DNA from: a virus | IMG/VR virus record: IMGVR_UViG_3300032238_000336 | Span: 9,400 to 73,399 of that record | Direction: 5' to 3' (one strand) | Length of the DNA stretch: 64,000 bases | Part shown: piece after piece, positions 51,801 through 58,954 of the stretch | Numbering within the stretch: position 1 is the stretch's first letter | Layout of the letters: each line of letters starts with the position of its first letter | Notes under the pieces: model-generated | What the model was told of the DNA's origin: nothing | The model's input: only the letters and a program-made list of their open reading frames with translations | Database searches by the model: none | Made by a program: the position numbers and the translations under genes

Positions 51801-53358
51801 TTTGAATTCGGGAAGTAATATTAGGGTTTAACTGACTTTTATTGATAACTTTTTGAAATCGATTGTAATTATTAGATAATACTCCTAAAACAGTAAACTT
51901 ATTTTTAGAAATAATAGTATTTACGGAAACTGTTATTGTAGGATTATTTGGAATTGTAGTGTCTGATAGTACTATACTATCTCCCTTATAAAGTAAAACA
52001 TCATCTACCGTGGTAATTATATTACCAGTGATATTTGATATATTATGGTAAGTTGGAAGATTGTACATCCAACTATTATATTCAGGAAAATTTTGATAGT
52101 TTTCACCAAAAGAAGAAAGATTTATTTTATCTCCAACTCTCAAATTAGAAGTTTTTGAATAATCAATAGATTCTATAATATTAAATATTCTAAACTCAAG
52201 AATATTGCCATTATCTAATGTAGAGTATGCAAAATTATTTTCAATAATATCAGTATTGAAAGGAACTTTAGTATTAACTCCACTTACATTTAGGAACTGG
52301 TTCGCACTTTTATTTTGGTAAGTAACTGGAATAAAGGTGGAACTATTAGATGAATGTATATAAACAGTACCTGAGATTGGGAAATCAACAGTTGAATCGA
52401 CAGAGATAGTATTAGAACCAATACTGATATCTTCTATTGTATTAGTTTTCTTTGTAGGAATGAAGTTATAGATAAAACTTTCTGAATCTAATGAGATTTC
52501 ATATAAGTCTCTGTTATCAGTCCTCCTATATTCTACATTATAAATTGCAGCACTAGCAGTCCTTCCTCCGGGAATAGTTTGAAATATAGTATTTCCAATT
52601 AAATCTATAGGATTTCCAACTCCACTAATCTTTTCAACAACAATATTTTTAGTGACTAGAGATGGATTGTTAGATGGTTTTATTGTAAAGTTTTTAGGAT
52701 CAATGATACTTATGTCCTTACCATATAAAACTTTAAATAGCAACTTATATGAAGTATCAGTTCCCTTTGAAGCATAGAAGTCTTTTGCTCGGGTTAGTAT
52801 ATTTTGTAAACTTATCTGTGGATAAAAGTTACGTTCTTCAAAACCTAAAAGATATTGGGACTTGAACTTTTTAAATATTTCATTAAAAAATAGTAAATTT
52901 AAATTAAATACCTTACTTCCAGAAGAATGTTCTTCAACTGAAGTTGATTTAAATATTAACTCAGAATGGTCTGAATTGATATCAATACCACTGAATCCAC
53001 GAACGCATCCGGTGAAAGATGTTGTAGTAATTCCAGTATAGGTAATAATCTCATTATCTATTTTCAAAAGTCCGTATGAACTAGGAAATCCAAAAGTATT
53101 ATTAACAAAAATTTCATCAGCAAAAGATAATACATTCGAACTTAACTCACAGGAGTTGTAGAACGTCTCTGCATTGAAGTTTTCAATTCCTTTATATTGA
53201 TTTAAATTGATTGCAAGGTCATTTAATCCCGTAGTATATTCCTGAGAAGTATAATATTGTTTTAAAAACTCTTGAAAAAGTGGAGACTCCTCATTTAAAA
53301 ATTCTGGAATTTGGGATTCTATAAAATTTTGAATTTTTACTCTTTTTATTTCTGACAT
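42865..53358 (-). CDS. gp7: Baseplate wedge initiator, very large (3497 aa)
   Basis: QIPEF, FY.SKGT..S.K.LF..LY and YYQ.FSY...HPSG motifs; lies between gp6 and gp8. Confidence 0.85.
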   Translation of the reverse strand: MSEIKRVKIQNFIESQIPEFLNEESPLFQEFLKQYYTSQEYTTGLNDLAINLNQYKGIENFNAETFYNSCELSSNVLSFADEIFVNNTFGFPSSYGLLKIDNEIITYTGITTTSFTGCVRGFSGIDINSDHSELIFKSTSVEEHSSGSKVFNLNLLFFNEIFKKFKSQYLLGFEERNFYPQISLQNILTRAKDFYASKGTDTSYKLLFKVLYGKDISIIDPKNFTIKPSNNPSLVTKNIVVEKISGVGNPIDLIGNTIFQTIPGGRTASAAIYNVEYRRTDNRDLYEISLDSESFIYNFIPTKKTNTIEDISIGSNTISVDSTVDFPISGTVYIHSSNSSTFIPVTYQNKSANQFLNVSGVNTKVPFNTDIIENNFAYSTLDNGNILEFRIFNIIESIDYSKTSNLRVGDKINLSSFGENYQNFPEYNSWMYNLPTYHNISNITGNIITTVDDVLLYKGDSIVLSDTTIPNNPTITVSVNTIISKNKFTVLGVLSNNYNRFQKVINKSQLNPNITSRIQNTYIDTSTNNVVVLSSGLPDYKNIILDNREVGLISAGVETSIFSTTDLHYFYTGEKVYFTPSLEFTGLSTGTYFVNRYTETSISLSYSYSNLYANNYIGIQTSVSNIGTIVKLGYEGKNDSVLEHQKLLKIFNINNKNNENTATSKNTIGKSLGLLINGVELYSPAIFNEGYYYGKINDITISNSGKDYDVINAPTIEISDEGGQGIGAQVHANMRGTVRAIQVISPGIGYQVKPKISITGGNGYGAVLESNLIQSPIISYFLGSAISSNVITFTSNHNFQNTEQVIYQNNSNPELVGLVNNSVYYVGVINSTQIKLYRNKSDSINKNNAIVIGNNNTGIYYLKTVDIKNTITEVYVKKSGENYSNKTVKLSSLNYIDDTTDSINTFDNYILVKNHNLKEKDIVVYSTTGTRVSGLSTTSQYIVNVIDNNKFRLAQTISTDFYYNYSHNKFVNLNSIGSGTHTFKYPPIQVVVETTSGISSTAISPVFVPIVLGEFESLFIENYGTNYGSSDIINFHRRPDVKIQTPSTEALLNPVIFEGKIVGVQILSGGSGYGEDIDIIITGSGKYALLVPKVENGRITDVSIVNPGLGYVNKQTSLQIVKRGSSAKFIANLTKWTLNQYKKYSNKIKNFSGEGILIPSNNVKKTLQYINFYPPKKLRDEVGDNSGNASPILGWAYDGNPIYGPYANLSSSTSPSKVKSSYQLPNVDVNSISGIRPAQWNNGDFIEDYRYIPNFGDLDEHNGMFIQTNEFPEGTYAYFTTLNNLNIPVYPYTIAAEFKNTPIVKNFNGYINQDLNLDSINFIRNTGPYYLNSENSGYLPINKIDPKYKQEFIVNNIIKSGIDSVNIVSPGDNFMVGDRLQFENTPNTISPSCSVSSINGVPLTDITVGISTLKDVIFKNKNNIITGITTMPHSLVSNDIVVISSISSNQYSSLEGSKIISVNQKTSGLSLDIPSSGITGLSTTISVNDVSGFSINDYIQIDSEVLKIRDIKFNQSQLLVDRISNIGIHSAGISLVKLLPTKFTFNEPKFNANLQENSVVYFNPSNSIGLGTIGTTYIDYGNTTYFVPPKSIYIENHKYYTGQPLTYNVGVAGVGLKVSNFPSSAQFQLVDGQTVYAVNYGANFVGLSTLGFTTSTGIGVSYNSLYFRDNSNSLGNSHKFTTQYDLISGKTERYTIIANTKYPHLLSSNDEIDLKVITSNTFEVELDYNSTIRKITTAPVTFNASTSVDVATSTIYISDDSLQTGDKVVYTNLTNPSIGGLVNNERYFVLRENPNAIKLTQYYDDISKNNYVKLTSTGTGVHSIAKVNPLIYLNKGNIFKFVGIGSYIKLYKDSKFLYELEPYRYTSSTLDTINQKYPNELYYTLDFNINSPLSQKQVSIDTDVISGGKIILLENLYDGKYSAIPTSDTSFRLNLKNKPNYFENIIANNATYSTTSKTAKGPIKTIKVNEKGKIHNKIPKITSILTTSGSNELLNTVSSKIGKIDTLERVKDGFDYPTDSTLLPKLSIPTIAILNKVSNVKSVDVLYGGKNYNTAPNLKVIGNNVLQLTTELNGNSVSKVSIILNDNTLDTPLPIVPVNNSNGFDIIQITNISPTQNSIQIDTTSYPLLSGIFPFSVGDEIFIENCNITSNAQNNYNSKDYNYVFFKVVSVDVNTSTIIYDITGLPGTFGSYTLANGYGTVVNRKDMATFKMNISDDVSYISGEKITGVDLQGNQTFIGYVMENGWDNKLKQIRINKSEGKLDIGYRLKGSISNLNGAITNVNNFNLKSTLGVARDKINYTQNNIGDLNNSLQKISDNNYYQNFSYAIRGEVPYSDWKEPVHSVIHPSGYREFSDLEVVSQAGNTVRMNPPKSEVTLIIKIDNQVSLSTRDNFAIVYDESQVNQSYAERISFGAIEPWNVAGVGLTAIKGIDLLPYILNNTNKVIQIDDISSQFTGTNAEITIQSNIPVTFNPDYPYNLGVSTAGLLVGDIVGYSTYHTYPENTGITSIGIGSVFTLYPHKSYSGIVTERLSFSRRLNGNIVSGISSFKLTNKNIPLFSRTFNSNDSSIVNLTTYSFNITNHNLQTGQKIFYSYQGGTPIRITTTNLVSGGISTDILPSTLYVNKINDNSFQVSGLSTSTRLELTSLGIGTHKFTVDNPNANALISIDNIIQKPLYNRPITLGLVNDANVGINSIYVNSGISSISTIDILKINDELLKIINVGIGSTNVINVERGFLGTQENNHTSGSDINIIRGDYNIIEDTIFFTSPPQGPTGLEGLKVSSSFSGRVFSRKFDPAYPDDKNLIFDDISDQFTGLSTFILKENQNNITQIYNNRNYGTNASNNPLVFINNVLQVPETDFTIQNSNANEISYLTGIPNSGKILNVGINTAFGYVPLVGAAATVSVSGLGTISNVYLTGAGSGYRTSPYINLGSIVGTGASIVANVGASGTITGFTIVNPGSGYTSTSVPIVNIDTPLPYYNLDVEYAPENSGLGTGAKVSILVASDTSIGNFLLNDPGSLYKVGDVLRVVGLTTDPTAGNLFDEFKLTVTETVSDIFSGYYPGQFIQFNDISNKFNGFERLFDITTPVNGIDTRITFKVPSGSDLTIENNFFILINGILQVPTVAYRYFAGRILFTEPPSSGSTCTILFYRGSSSDVEEVTPVQTIKDGDILQSRQNITSAITTEQLERVVKRIVQSNTLDTFVYTGYGITNTARPLSWTKQTADRIINGSLISKSRTTLKSNIIPNTFLINSVGINDTAVYVNDAFPYFSELDSGPNRLPEFKRNINILDYTSLDIIKYEKLTSVKVKGDYGSIVGINTFASSPGIQTGRIDFELKSNTYDNDNLGIGYSSLNTFGINSSQLEIGDYFVISNSNVICGHALTGITDSLGGMSNYPNSKVGTARSFIDGVYRVEDVTLPNAGIVTVKCNFVAVDGGLSVNIAGLSQTSFYGNYSWGKFYDYDNRQLGTPKQFDVNTDNGLIGLSTSSQVSRTVPLLL

Positions 53359-53360
53359 TT

Positions 53361-55238
53361 TTAACGAATATAATTACCGTTGGAATAGCTTGAAGTTACT
53401 GCATAAGAACTAGCAGAAAGATTTTCACCAGAAGATATAGTATCTTCTATCATATTTACGACTGTATTTTGAATATTAAGGTCTAAATATATATCCCTCA
53501 AAGCAATGACATCATTTGATTCAGGTACTGCCTCAACTTGTATTTCAGAACCAATTATTGTGCTAGTAATATTTACTGGATTTAACTTTATCTCTCCTGT
53601 TTTATAATTAACAATTCCTGCATTATTACTCACAATAAATGGAACTCCAGTATCTAATGTAAAGAAGAATATATTTCCAGTAGTGTCATTTATTGGTGAA
53701 TCACTTAGATATACTGTTGAAGATACATTTTTAATATTAAATCCAGTTGATTTAATATTATATCCTCGGTTATCAGTTAGATTATTTTTTTGAAGATGAA
53801 ATCGATTTCCAAAGCATAACTCATAAGTAGCGAGTGTATTATAAGCTGGAGTTATATTTCTTCTTATTTTTACTTTAGTAATGTTTGAAGTAATTGCATC
53901 ACTTACACTATCAACTAAAGATACAAACTTACTATATTTAAATCTTCCACCAAAACTATTTAAATCAGAAGATTTAGAATAGCTTGTAATTGCATTTTGG
54001 ACATTAGTTTTTAATGTGTTGACATCTGAAGACTTTGATTTGTTATAATAAACATTTGTATTTAACTCTACATAAAGATATTTCAAATCTATCAGTTCTT
54101 GTTTAATTCCGGCTACACTATACAGTTTAAGTTGTTTTAAAATTCTTTCTTTAGTTGCTTGAGATAAAAAAGAACCATTCTTTGGTTTTACTGATAATAA
54201 TACTTTTCCATATTGAGGTGGGTCTAACTCTTCTCCTCCATATGCAGTTACAGACTCTACATTTGAAAACAGATATGGTATTAACCCAGCATAATCACTT
54301 GCAGTAACTGCACGATACTGTGATGAATAAACTCTAGGTGCAAGATATTTGATTGCATCGACTGGTTCAATCGAATCACCATTTTCTGATGATTGAATTG
54401 TAGTTAACAATGAAATACCCTGAGTAATAGTATTATCTTCGTTATCTTTTAAAATTCCCGAGAATGTAAAGTTAGCCGCACCATTACCAGAAATTCCATT
54501 AGTGATAATATAACTGATTGTAACTGTGCTATTATTTTCCGGTGTCTTTCCTAAAATGCCATCTCCAAATAAAATTTGATATTTTTCATCCAATACTTCT
54601 TGTATTAAAAATAATTTAGTATTTTTATTAACTTCAAATATATTTTGATATTGTTTATATTCTTCGACTGTAGTTGTAGATACTTTAACTCTAATTGTTG
54701 AGGTATCTACTCCGGGGTTTGGAATTAAAAACTTTTGATTTAATTGAGAGCTATCAACTACATATGATTTTGTAAAATATGAACCTTCAAAAATCTCTAT
54801 ATTATTGAAATATGCAACTCCATCATCTCCTACTGGTGATATAATATCCTCTGGAATTGAAAATATATAATTTCCACCCTGAACCGAACCTAATGCTACA
54901 ATGCCCGATTTGAGGGTTATAGTCTTATTATTGGGTGAGACTACCGAAAAGTTTACAATTGCTCTTGCTGCCCGTTTTGAACGGGGCACATAACCTATAT
55001 TTCTTGCTAAGGATACTACATTTTCACGAAGAGTTGCACTGTCAATAAAACTTTCATTCACAGCCATATTGGTGTTGAATGAAGTGATATATGAGTTGTA
55101 TGCTAAAATATCAATGATATTAGAAAAGTTAGACCCTTCAAAATCAAAGTCAGTAAAATTACTATTCGCTCTCAAATAATCTTTAATTTGAGTTCGAATA
55201 TTGTTAAAATCTAAATTTGTAAATTGATTAAAAGCCAT
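53361..55238 (-). CDS. gp6: Baseplate wedge subunit
   Basis: LDF..I, FDFEGS, NESFIDSATLRENVVSLA..IGY.P and Q.RAVTA.DY motifs. Confidence 0.95.
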   Translation of the reverse strand: MAFNQFTNLDFNNIRTQIKDYLRANSNFTDFDFEGSNFSNIIDILAYNSYITSFNTNMAVNESFIDSATLRENVVSLARNIGYVPRSKRAARAIVNFSVVSPNNKTITLKSGIVALGSVQGGNYIFSIPEDIISPVGDDGVAYFNNIEIFEGSYFTKSYVVDSSQLNQKFLIPNPGVDTSTIRVKVSTTTVEEYKQYQNIFEVNKNTKLFLIQEVLDEKYQILFGDGILGKTPENNSTVTISYIITNGISGNGAANFTFSGILKDNEDNTITQGISLLTTIQSSENGDSIEPVDAIKYLAPRVYSSQYRAVTASDYAGLIPYLFSNVESVTAYGGEELDPPQYGKVLLSVKPKNGSFLSQATKERILKQLKLYSVAGIKQELIDLKYLYVELNTNVYYNKSKSSDVNTLKTNVQNAITSYSKSSDLNSFGGRFKYSKFVSLVDSVSDAITSNITKVKIRRNITPAYNTLATYELCFGNRFHLQKNNLTDNRGYNIKSTGFNIKNVSSTVYLSDSPINDTTGNIFFFTLDTGVPFIVSNNAGIVNYKTGEIKLNPVNITSTIIGSEIQVEAVPESNDVIALRDIYLDLNIQNTVVNMIEDTISSGENLSASSYAVTSSYSNGNYIR

Positions 55239-55639
55239 TATATTCTAGTTGGTTGTAAGATGAACTCTATATTTTGTGGTGGCAATGGCAATCCAACAAT
55301 ATCATAATTTATGGTTACATTCAGTTCATTTGTGTCATCTATAGGAGAAACCACTATACTTCTAACTCTAATTCTAGGTTCAAAGTTATCTAATAAAGTT
55401 GTAATTTGTTCTTCTAATATTGAAGAAACTTCTATTGTATTCAATTCAAAAAGAAGACTAGATGTAGAGGTTCCCAATAAAGAATTGAAGAACCTCTCTC
55501 CTATCTGAGTCTTCACTAAATTCATTACAGATTTCTTAATGGCATCTTCATTTTTTAGAGTTAAAATATCATTAGTTACAGGATTTCTTGCAAAGGATAA
55601 ACTAATATCTTTAAAACTCCTTGATATTTGAACAGCCAT
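55238..55639 (-). CDS. gp25: Baseplate wedge subunit
   Basis: DISLSF..NP, AIKKSV.NLV.T..GERFF and FEPRI motifs. Confidence 0.93.
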   Translation of the reverse strand: MAVQISRSFKDISLSFARNPVTNDILTLKNEDAIKKSVMNLVKTQIGERFFNSLLGTSTSSLLFELNTIEVSSILEEQITTLLDNFEPRIRVRSIVVSPIDDTNELNVTINYDIVGLPLPPQNIEFILQPTRI

Positions 55640-55670
55640 TTAGATGGTATTTGAATCGTATATTATTTAT

Positions 55671-55928
55671 TCATTCAGATAGAAGGTTTTTATTGGTTTT
55701 TCCATATACTGGCTCGGTTCCATACTCCCAATCATCATAATCTTCATCATTACGAATTTTCTCGTGTAGTTCAGATTGTTTTGCAAAATTATGCTTAGGT
55801 GCAAGGTCGTGCATTACTTCTTGAATTACTCGATTTGTAGGAATACCATTGTAATCGGTAACTAGTTTCACAGTTCCCCACATTTTTTTCATATATTCGG
55901 GGTCTCTACTTACTGGTAAGTTAGACAT
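55671..55928 (-). CDS. Conserved hypothetical protein
   Basis: 85-aa ORF with SD AGGAG; MWGT..LVTDY motif. Confidence 0.75.
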   Translation of the reverse strand: MSNLPVSRDPEYMKKMWGTVKLVTDYNGIPTNRVIQEVMHDLAPKHNFAKQSELHEKIRNDEDYDDWEYGTEPVYGKTNKNLLSE

Positions 55929-55992
55929 TTGATTCTCCTGTTTTAAAGTGTAAAACAGAACTTTTAATAAAGGAGGTTCCTATCTCCTAAAG

Positions 55993-56334
55993 TTATCTAG
56001 CTAATTCTCTAAGTGTGTAATTATCAGTATTAAAATATTTCAATAACTCCAATGCAATCAGTTTTGGATTTCCTTGACCACAAGTATAGACATCTATGGA
56101 TGCACATCCATTTTCAGGCCAAGAATGTAAAGAACAGTGACTTTCAGATAGTGCAATTACAATCGTAATACCTTGAGGATTAAAACAATGACTAAAAACA
56201 TTCAAAATAGTCATATTTGCAAGAGAAATTGCCTGAATCATAGATTCTAATAAAGGCTTTTCTTCATTTAGAAGATTAAATTCTACGTCGTATACTTCTA
56301 AAAGAAGATGAGACCCCATAGAAAACTGTTCCAA
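55993..56334 (-). CDS. speD: Pyruvoyl-dependent S-adenosylmethionine decarboxylase family protein
   Basis: G.HLL, F.PQG.T, LSESH self-cleavage motif, H.WPE.G and DVYTCG. Confidence 0.9.
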   Translation of the reverse strand: MEQFSMGSHLLLEVYDVEFNLLNEEKPLLESMIQAISLANMTILNVFSHCFNPQGITIVIALSESHCSLHSWPENGCASIDVYTCGQGNPKLIALELLKYFNTDNYTLRELAR

Positions 56335-56365
56335 CTCCGAATACCTCTATAAATTTTGATTAAAA

Positions 56366-56401
56366 GAAAAAAAAAATCTATAGAATTTCTTCTATAGATT
56401 T
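56366..56401 (-). terminator. Intrinsic terminator
   Basis: AAATCTATAGAA...TTCTATAGATTT hairpin with long T tract on the minus strand. Confidence 0.65.
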
Positions 56402-56427
56402 CAATTCTTAGTTTTTTTGTATATTAT

Positions 56428-56565
56428 TTATCCTTTTCCTTGTCGATGATACGCTTTTTTAGCTTTATTTCGACTAGTTGCGGAATATTTTGTGTTCTTT
56501 CCTTGACCTTGACTTGTATTTTTTGGCTTACTCTCGATTTTCATCGTTTTCTTATTGACTGCCAT
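56428..56565 (-). CDS. Small basic hypothetical protein (45 aa)
   Basis: Manual translation MAVNKKTMKIESKPKNTSQGQGKNTKYSATSRNKAKKAYHRQGKG; SD AGGAG. Confidence 0.7.
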   Translation of the reverse strand: MAVNKKTMKIESKPKNTSQGQGKNTKYSATSRNKAKKAYHRQGKG

Positions 56566-56647
56566 TGAAATTTTCTCCTAATTTGGGTTTTTTACGCACA
56601 TTTGGCCTTCTAAAACGCATAAAATTCTTATAACGTTTCAAAGAAAC

Positions 56648-56690
56648 AAAAAAGATGCTTTGAAAGGTGGTTTGGTTCCTTTCAAAGCAT
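56648..56690 (-). terminator. Intrinsic terminator
   Basis: 13-bp stem ATGCTTTGAAAGG/CCTTTCAAAGCAT followed by CTTTTTT. Confidence 0.8.
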
Positions 56691-56717
56691 TCTATCATAT
56701 CCTCAGAGTGATGTCAA
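56689..56717 (-). promoter_or_regulatory. Sigma70-like promoter
   Basis: TTGACA-17-TAGAAT with TG extension. Confidence 0.65.
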
Positions 56718-56728
56718 AGATGATTTTC

Positions 56729-57487
56729 TTAGATTACCCGAGTTTTCTCGTGTCCGACACGGATTTTAGGATCGCACCAAATCTCAAAACCTGCTGCAAT
56801 GGCATCTAAACAGAAACTTACATCTTCTCCACACATATCTTGAACCTCTCCAGACTCAAAAACTTGCATCTTTGGAGCAAACCACGGATATTTCATCTCA
56901 GGATGTTCAAATACTCCTTTCTTAATCAAAGTCCAACCAAATCCAGTGTAATCCACTGTGAAAGGCTTCCGACGCTTACTCATTGTTTCCAAGGTCTCGT
57001 GATTCATCACACCACCATTACCTCTGAAATCATCTTCATCTAACCAGTGAGCTACTGAGGAAGTGTGACCATCTTCCGTACAATACCAACCAGCTGCAAT
57101 ATCTTTATCCATTGCAACTAGACGGTAGAAAGATTCGGTATTAAACACAATATCAGAGTCAATCCATAACTGGTAGTCATAATTTAGTTTACCATCCCAA
57201 GGAATTTGGTTAGGACCTCTCAGAACATTAGCTCCTAAGCACTTACAACGTGCAAAGTTTACCATTGAACTATAGTCCTGTGAAATCTGAATAGCAGCTC
57301 CTGCCTGAACTAAGTCAAAACATAGTTGAACAAAGTTCTTCAGATAAACATATGAAACTCCTCTTCCAGGTAGACAAAATACAATTGTCTTTCCTTTAAT
57401 TAACTCTTTTGCTGCTTGTAAATCAAACTCATCCTCAAGGGTCTTTCCCTCAGGAGCTTTTGCCTTTACTGTAAATCCTTTTGCCAT
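56729..57487 (-). CDS. Conserved cyanophage protein, glycosyltransferase (GT-A)-like
   Basis: LWIDSDIVF (DxD), TGFGW.LIK, GEDVSFC and VGHEK motifs. Confidence 0.8.
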   Translation of the reverse strand: MAKGFTVKAKAPEGKTLEDEFDLQAAKELIKGKTIVFCLPGRGVSYVYLKNFVQLCFDLVQAGAAIQISQDYSSMVNFARCKCLGANVLRGPNQIPWDGKLNYDYQLWIDSDIVFNTESFYRLVAMDKDIAAGWYCTEDGHTSSVAHWLDEDDFRGNGGVMNHETLETMSKRRKPFTVDYTGFGWTLIKKGVFEHPEMKYPWFAPKMQVFESGEVQDMCGEDVSFCLDAIAAGFEIWCDPKIRVGHEKTRVI

Positions 57488-57535
57488 ATTGTTTTCAAAT
57501 TTGTAACGTGATTATTATAGCACCCTCAGTCAATA

Positions 57536-57700
57536 TTATGAGTGCTGTTCGTTGGTATTTATAGAGACAGTAATATCCTTATCTGACCCCCCGTTCGTCC
57601 AAACTAACCCTCGGATAATCTTTAAGTTTTCTTCGATATTTTCATTTGATATTTCAGTTAATACTACTTTCCCTTCTACGGAAATATTATAAGTATTCAT
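57536..57700 (-). CDS. Small hypothetical protein (54 aa)
   Basis: Manual translation MNTYNISVEGKVVLTEIS...IRGLVWTNGG. Confidence 0.6.
   Translation of the reverse strand: MNTYNISVEGKVVLTEISNENIEENLKIIRGLVWTNGGSDKDITVSINTNEQHS
57556..57563 (-). promoter_or_regulatory. T4-type late promoter
   Basis: Exact TATAAATA upstream of the ORF starting at 57487. Confidence 0.55.
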
Positions 57701-57836
57701 CTTCTACTTTTCTTAGAAGTTCTTGAATATCATCTTTGATACCTTCACTAAGTATTAACCTCTCGTCATTCTCAATTCTATACTGAAGTGTTTCTATTAG
57801 AATATCTTTCTCATATTCATCAAAATCTATTTTCAT
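57687..57836 (-). CDS. Small acidic hypothetical protein (49 aa)
   Basis: Manual translation MKIDFDEYEKDILIETLQYRIENDE...; overlaps the next ORF. Confidence 0.6.
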   Translation of the reverse strand: MKIDFDEYEKDILIETLQYRIENDERLILSEGIKDDIQELLRKVEDEYL

Positions 57837-58056
57837 TGTTTTACCTATTTTTCAAAGGGGACATTTAAAAATTATATATGATTTATATTTTTTCACAAAA
57901 AACACTTTTTAGCAATATTTTTTTCCTGGGGAATTTTTTTCAAAGAGAGGTAATATATTATCGATTTTGGTAGTTTATAGCTTAGGGTAGTACATCGAAA
58001 TTATATAAGGGGGGGCATCGGTAACGGTTAATAATACCCAACAATCATAATACACT

Positions 58057-58566
58057 GTCTATTAGAATAAACGAAGAACTGCGATTAGACTGTTATTCTA
58101 ATAGACGAAGGCAAAAAGTAACGAAGTAAAACAACACTGTTTGATTAAAATACCCTACCCTCCCCACGTATCCCATAATCAAAAAACTGCGATTATCAGT
58201 AACACGAAGTCACTCTCAATCACAGTTGCATCTTATCAGTAATACGAAGTAATGTCAACTTCTCAGATATTATAATCACGAAGTGATTGCCCGAAGTTGA
58301 TTACATTTAGAGGTCGATGTAACGAAGTAAAACAACACTGTTTGTAAAAAATACATAACCCTCCCCCCGTATGCCGAGTTGAGTGTAACGAACTACACAG
58401 TGTTATGTGTTACTTCCCCTAGACGAAGTTGGCAGGGCAAGTGTGCAAACAGTGCTGATAATAACGAAGTAAGCAACACTGTTTGCACGAAATACACTAC
58501 CCTCCCCACGTATTCGGTATTCTCGCTCTACACGAAGTAAGCACCGAGAATACCTATACACGAAGT
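58057..58566 (+). repeat. Non-coding region with 12 same-strand CGAAG motifs, several hairpins and three ~53-bp direct repeats; origin-like
   Basis: CGAAG at 58072, 58106, 58122, 58205, 58245, 58279, 58292, 58323, 58424, 58465, 58533 and 58561; repeats at 58119, 58320 and 58462. Confidence 0.85.
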
Positions 58567-58719
58567 CTAGACTGCAACCACCTCAGCATCTTCTGCACTC
58601 ACAACTGCCTCTACATCGTTATCAGGGGCAATCGCATTCAGAATGTTGAGAATATCGTTGCCAGTGCTACCCTTGCGGAGCATAGCAATCATCAGGTCAC
58701 GGTTGAGTTCGTTAGTCAT
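58567..58719 (-). CDS. Small early-type hypothetical protein (50 aa)
   Basis: MTNELNRDLMIAMLRKGSTGNDILNILNAI...; downstream of the promoter at 58774-58831. Confidence 0.7.
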   Translation of the reverse strand: MTNELNRDLMIAMLRKGSTGNDILNILNAIAPDNDVEAVVSAEDAEVVAV

Positions 58720-58773
58720 TGTTTTGGTTGTTTTGGTGTATTGAACGTGTCGGGGGTGTCCCTCCACCCCCTT

Positions 58774-58831
58774 AGAATACCATATTTTGGGGTCTGTGCT
58801 CATTGAATGTGCCAGAAAGATTAGTGGCACA
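58774..58831 (-). promoter_or_regulatory. Palindrome-type early promoter (copy a)
   Basis: TGTGCCA-N10-TGGCACA plus TGGTATTCT -10. Confidence 0.7.
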
Positions 58832-58909
58832 TAATGTCTGAGACTTACCGTGCGACTGGGAGACTGGGAGTTCTCTCATAAGCATTCCTAATAACTGGGG
58901 TTCCGGGGG

Positions 58910-58938
58910 TTGACATTTTTTGAGAAGTGTGGTATACT
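58910..58938 (+). promoter_or_regulatory. Consensus-like sigma70 promoter on + strand
   Basis: TTGACA-17-TATACT with TG extension; no ORF downstream. Confidence 0.75.
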
Positions 58939-58954
58939 TATGCAGGCCTAGACG

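Noticed and set aside
57514-57533. TTGACT...TATAAT on the minus strand
   Set aside because: Spacer is only 8 nt, so not a -35/-10 pair; at most an extended -10
58119-58513. CRISPR array interpretation of the 53-bp repeats
   Set aside because: Only three degenerate copies, spacers long and unequal (148 and 89 nt), no cas genes in the window
58483-58806. 107-aa + strand ORF over the repeat region
   Set aside because: TTG start without SD; overlaps the better-supported minus-strand ORF and its promoter
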